DNA of 64,000 bases from Spirochaetia bacterium (lineage in GTDB: Bacteria; Spirochaetota; Spirochaetia; SZUA-6; Bin103): assembly GCA_965208575.1 (NCBI GenBank), contig CBDBOV010000004.1:1323875-1387874 (forward strand), written 5' to 3'. Every line of letters begins with the position of its first letter. The first letter of the stretch is position 1. A program made the translations under genes and the position numbers. Shown here piece after piece: positions 61,908-64,000 of the stretch. Below the pieces are notes generated by a model. It did no database searches. It was not told the origin of the DNA and saw nothing but the letters and a program-made list of their open reading frames with translations.

Positions 61908-61973
61908 GTCGTTGCCTCGCGAACGATAACATGCCCAATCGAGGCCCCGGCATCAAGGGGAGATCGCGGCCGG

Positions 61974-62378
61974 TCAGAGGCGGCGCGGCCCGCCCCGGCC
62001 CCCGGCCCGGCCCCCGCCCCGGCCGCGGGCCGCCGGCAGCGGGCCGATGAGCCACGCGCACAGCAGCACGGTGAGCACCGTCCACAGCACGCGGGCGTGC
62101 GGTGGCGGCACCGCGGGCGGTGCGTGCCTCGCTGCCACCAGGCCACCCTGCGCCGCCAGCAAGGCTGCGACGCTGCCCGGCGCAGCGTCGGCCAGCGCAC
62201 CGGCCAGCCACTGTTCGGTGAAACGCGCCACCTCCCGCTGCTCAACGGCCACGCGCCCGTCCGGCGTGCGCCGGTAGTCGTCCACGGTGACGCGCTCGCC
62301 GGGCGCCGGCAGCCGGTACGGGCGGCCCACCGGGAGTGTCTGCTGATAGGCGAGGTGAGTCACGTAGTCGGCGAGCAC
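61974..62378 (-). CDS. Hypothetical protein with C-terminal TM helix, possibly a 3' remnant of a longer gene
   Basis: 134-aa ORF with host-like codon usage, no SD, and an in-frame stop just upstream. Confidence 0.35.
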   Translation of the reverse strand: MLADYVTHLAYQQTLPVGRPYRLPAPGERVTVDDYRRTPDGRVAVEQREVARFTEQWLAGALADAAPGSVAALLAAQGGLVAARHAPPAVPPPHARVLWTVLTVLLCAWLIGPLPAARGRGGGRAGGRGGPRRL

Positions 62379-62441
62379 CGGCAGGCGCGACTACCGCGCA
62401 GCACGGACCGTGCTACGATGAGTTCACCCCCAGGAACGCCG

Positions 62442-63002
62442 GTGACCGACACGACCACCGAGGCCACCTATCGCTGGACCCGCGAGCGGTACGACCGTGC
62501 GGTCGAAGCCGGCGTATTCGGTCCCGACGACCGTCTCGAGTTGATCGAGGGACAGCTTCTCGCGATGAACCCGCAAGGCAGCCGGCACGCGGCGATCGTC
62601 GACCAGGCGGGGGACGTCTTGCGCGGCGTGTTCGGGGACGGATGTCGCGTTCGCATTCAGTGTCCACTGGTAGCGGGTGACGATTCGGAACCGGAGCCGG
62701 ACCTCGCGGTGGTACCGGGACGGGCCCTCGACTATCTGGACGCCCACCCGGCGAGCGCCCTGCTGGTGGTCGAAGTCTCCGACGACTCGCTGCGCCGCGA
62801 CCGCATCATCAAGCAGCGCCTCTATGCACGCCACGGCATCCCCGAGTACTGGATCCTCGCCCTGCCCGACGTCCATCTGGAGGTCTACCGCGATCCGACC
62901 CCCGACGGATACCGCACCGTGCTGATTCGCCGCGCCGGCGAGACAATCACGCCGCTCGCTCGCTCCTCGGCGACAATAGCTGTCGCCGACCTGCTTCCGT
63001 AG
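62442..63002 (+). CDS. Uma2 family (PD-D/ExK) putative endonuclease
   Basis: RWTRERY, RLELIEGQL, SEPEPDLAVV, LLVVEVSDDSL..DR..K..LYA..GIPEYWI. An extended -10 TGcTACGAT at 62411-62419 favours the GTG 62442 start. Confidence 0.9.
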   Translation: MTDTTTEATYRWTRERYDRAVEAGVFGPDDRLELIEGQLLAMNPQGSRHAAIVDQAGDVLRGVFGDGCRVRIQCPLVAGDDSEPEPDLAVVPGRALDYLDAHPASALLVVEVSDDSLRRDRIIKQRLYARHGIPEYWILALPDVHLEVYRDPTPDGYRTVLIRRAGETITPLARSSATIAVADLLP

Positions 63003-63061
63003 CCGGCCGCTGGAGGCAGGTCCTGACGAACCGCCTTGAGGAAATGGGGACGAGGATGAAC

Positions 63062-64000
63062 ATGAAGACGTGGTGGACAGCTTCTCCGACACGGACGTCA
63101 CGGATACACGCCCTTGCCCTTGCACTCGTCATCCTCTCCCTCGCCGGCGCCGGCCCTGCTACGGCGCAGGACCGCGAGTTCACACCGGTCACCGACGCGA
63201 TGCTCGCCGACCCCGATCCGGCCGACTGGATCAACTGGCGGAGAACGCTCGACGGCTGGGGCTACAGCCCCCTCGATCAGATCGACCGGGACAACGTCCA
63301 CCAACTCGGGCTGGTCTGGTCGTGGACGATGCCCACCGGCCTGGCGCAGCCCACACCCATCGTCTACGACGGCGTCATGTACCTGCCGAGTCCGCTCAAC
63401 GTCGTGCAGGCGCTCGACGCCGTCACGGGCGATCCGATCTGGGAGTACCGCAAGCGCTTCGAGCGGTCACCCGACGATTCGTTCCGCGCCCGCACCCGGT
63501 CGATAGCCATCTACGACGACAAGATCTTCCTGAACACGAACGACGCCCACATCGTCGCCCTCGACGCGTTGACCGGCGAGGTGGTCTGGGATCACACCGT
63601 GGCCGACAACCGGCTCGGCTACCGTTACACGAGCGGGCCGATCGTGATCAACGGAAAGATCGTCGCCGGCATGACCGGCTGCGAGCGCTACAAGGACGGC
63701 ACCTGCTTCATCTCCGCCCACGACCCGCAGACCGGCGCCGAGCTGTGGCGCACGTCGACCGTCGCCCAGCCGGGCGATCCGGGCGGCGACACGTGGGGCG
63801 ACCTGCCGGCGATGTTCCGGGCCGGCGGCGACGCCTGGATACCGGGCAGCTACGACCCGGCCACGAACCTCACCTACTGGTCGACCTCGCAGGCCAAGCC
63901 GTGGGCGCGGCTGTCGCGCGGCACCGACGGCGACGCGCTCTATACGAACAGCGTGCTCGCCCTCGACCCGGACACCGGCCAGCTCGACTGGTACTACCAG
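63062..64000 (+). CDS. PQQ-dependent dehydrogenase (beta-propeller), secreted; partial
   Basis: Signal peptide; VTDAML..P...DW..WRR...WGYSPLDQI, PTPIVYDGVMY, ALDA.TG...W repeats, GGDAWIPGSYDP. Runs off the window. Confidence 0.88.
   Translation, partial: MKTWWTASPTRTSRIHALALALVILSLAGAGPATAQDREFTPVTDAMLADPDPADWINWRRTLDGWGYSPLDQIDRDNVHQLGLVWSWTMPTGLAQPTPIVYDGVMYLPSPLNVVQALDAVTGDPIWEYRKRFERSPDDSFRARTRSIAIYDDKIFLNTNDAHIVALDALTGEVVWDHTVADNRLGYRYTSGPIVINGKIVAGMTGCERYKDGTCFISAHDPQTGAELWRTSTVAQPGDPGGDTWGDLPAMFRAGGDAWIPGSYDPATNLTYWSTSQAKPWARLSRGTDGDALYTNSVLALDPDTGQLDWYYQ

Noticed and set aside
62442-63002. Uma2 gene as part of a defence or toxin-antitoxin system
   Set aside because: Standalone gene of a family often present in many copies; no partner gene or methylase is adjacent.

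Overview
A very GC-rich bacterial chromosomal segment, most likely from a Spirochaetota genome. The gene orders murG-cvpA-holB-like-hk2-rrp2 and prfB-PEGA-ftsY-hypothetical-lolCDE match those I recall from Borrelia and Treponema; the Uma2 and PQQ-dehydrogenase genes resemble those of marine or sponge symbiont MAGs (inference). Most of the window is housekeeping: JAB-DinG helicase, a lysine-riboswitch-controlled asd-lysC-lysA-dapF-dapL operon, a sigma54 two-component system, murG, uvrB, htrA, comM, rnhA, two tRNA-Met genes, rpsU, recJ, thpR, recO, lon, tsaC, rnz, epmA-efp, clpC, lolCDE, ftsY and a frameshifted prfB. Two accessory patches stand out. (1) About 38.3-43.3 kb: a 3.8-kb composite transposon with bipartite terminal inverted repeats, a 5-bp target duplication, an internal duplicated hairpin-bearing non-coding segment and a broken second transposase, next to a DrmC-like relic. 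(2) 46.5-47.8 kb: a lower-GC, tightly coupled three-gene operon (FN3-like protein, antitoxin-like protein, small R-S-H ADP-ribosyltransferase-like protein). This operon is the best candidate for an undescribed toxin-antitoxin or anti-phage system. Other oddities are an apparent ATC start codon for rpsU, leaderless-type promoters on lon, a J-domain gene and htrA, and a non-canonical CTT-TGA-G prfB shift site. No CRISPR array or rRNA was seen. All family calls come from motif recognition by eye, not database searches.
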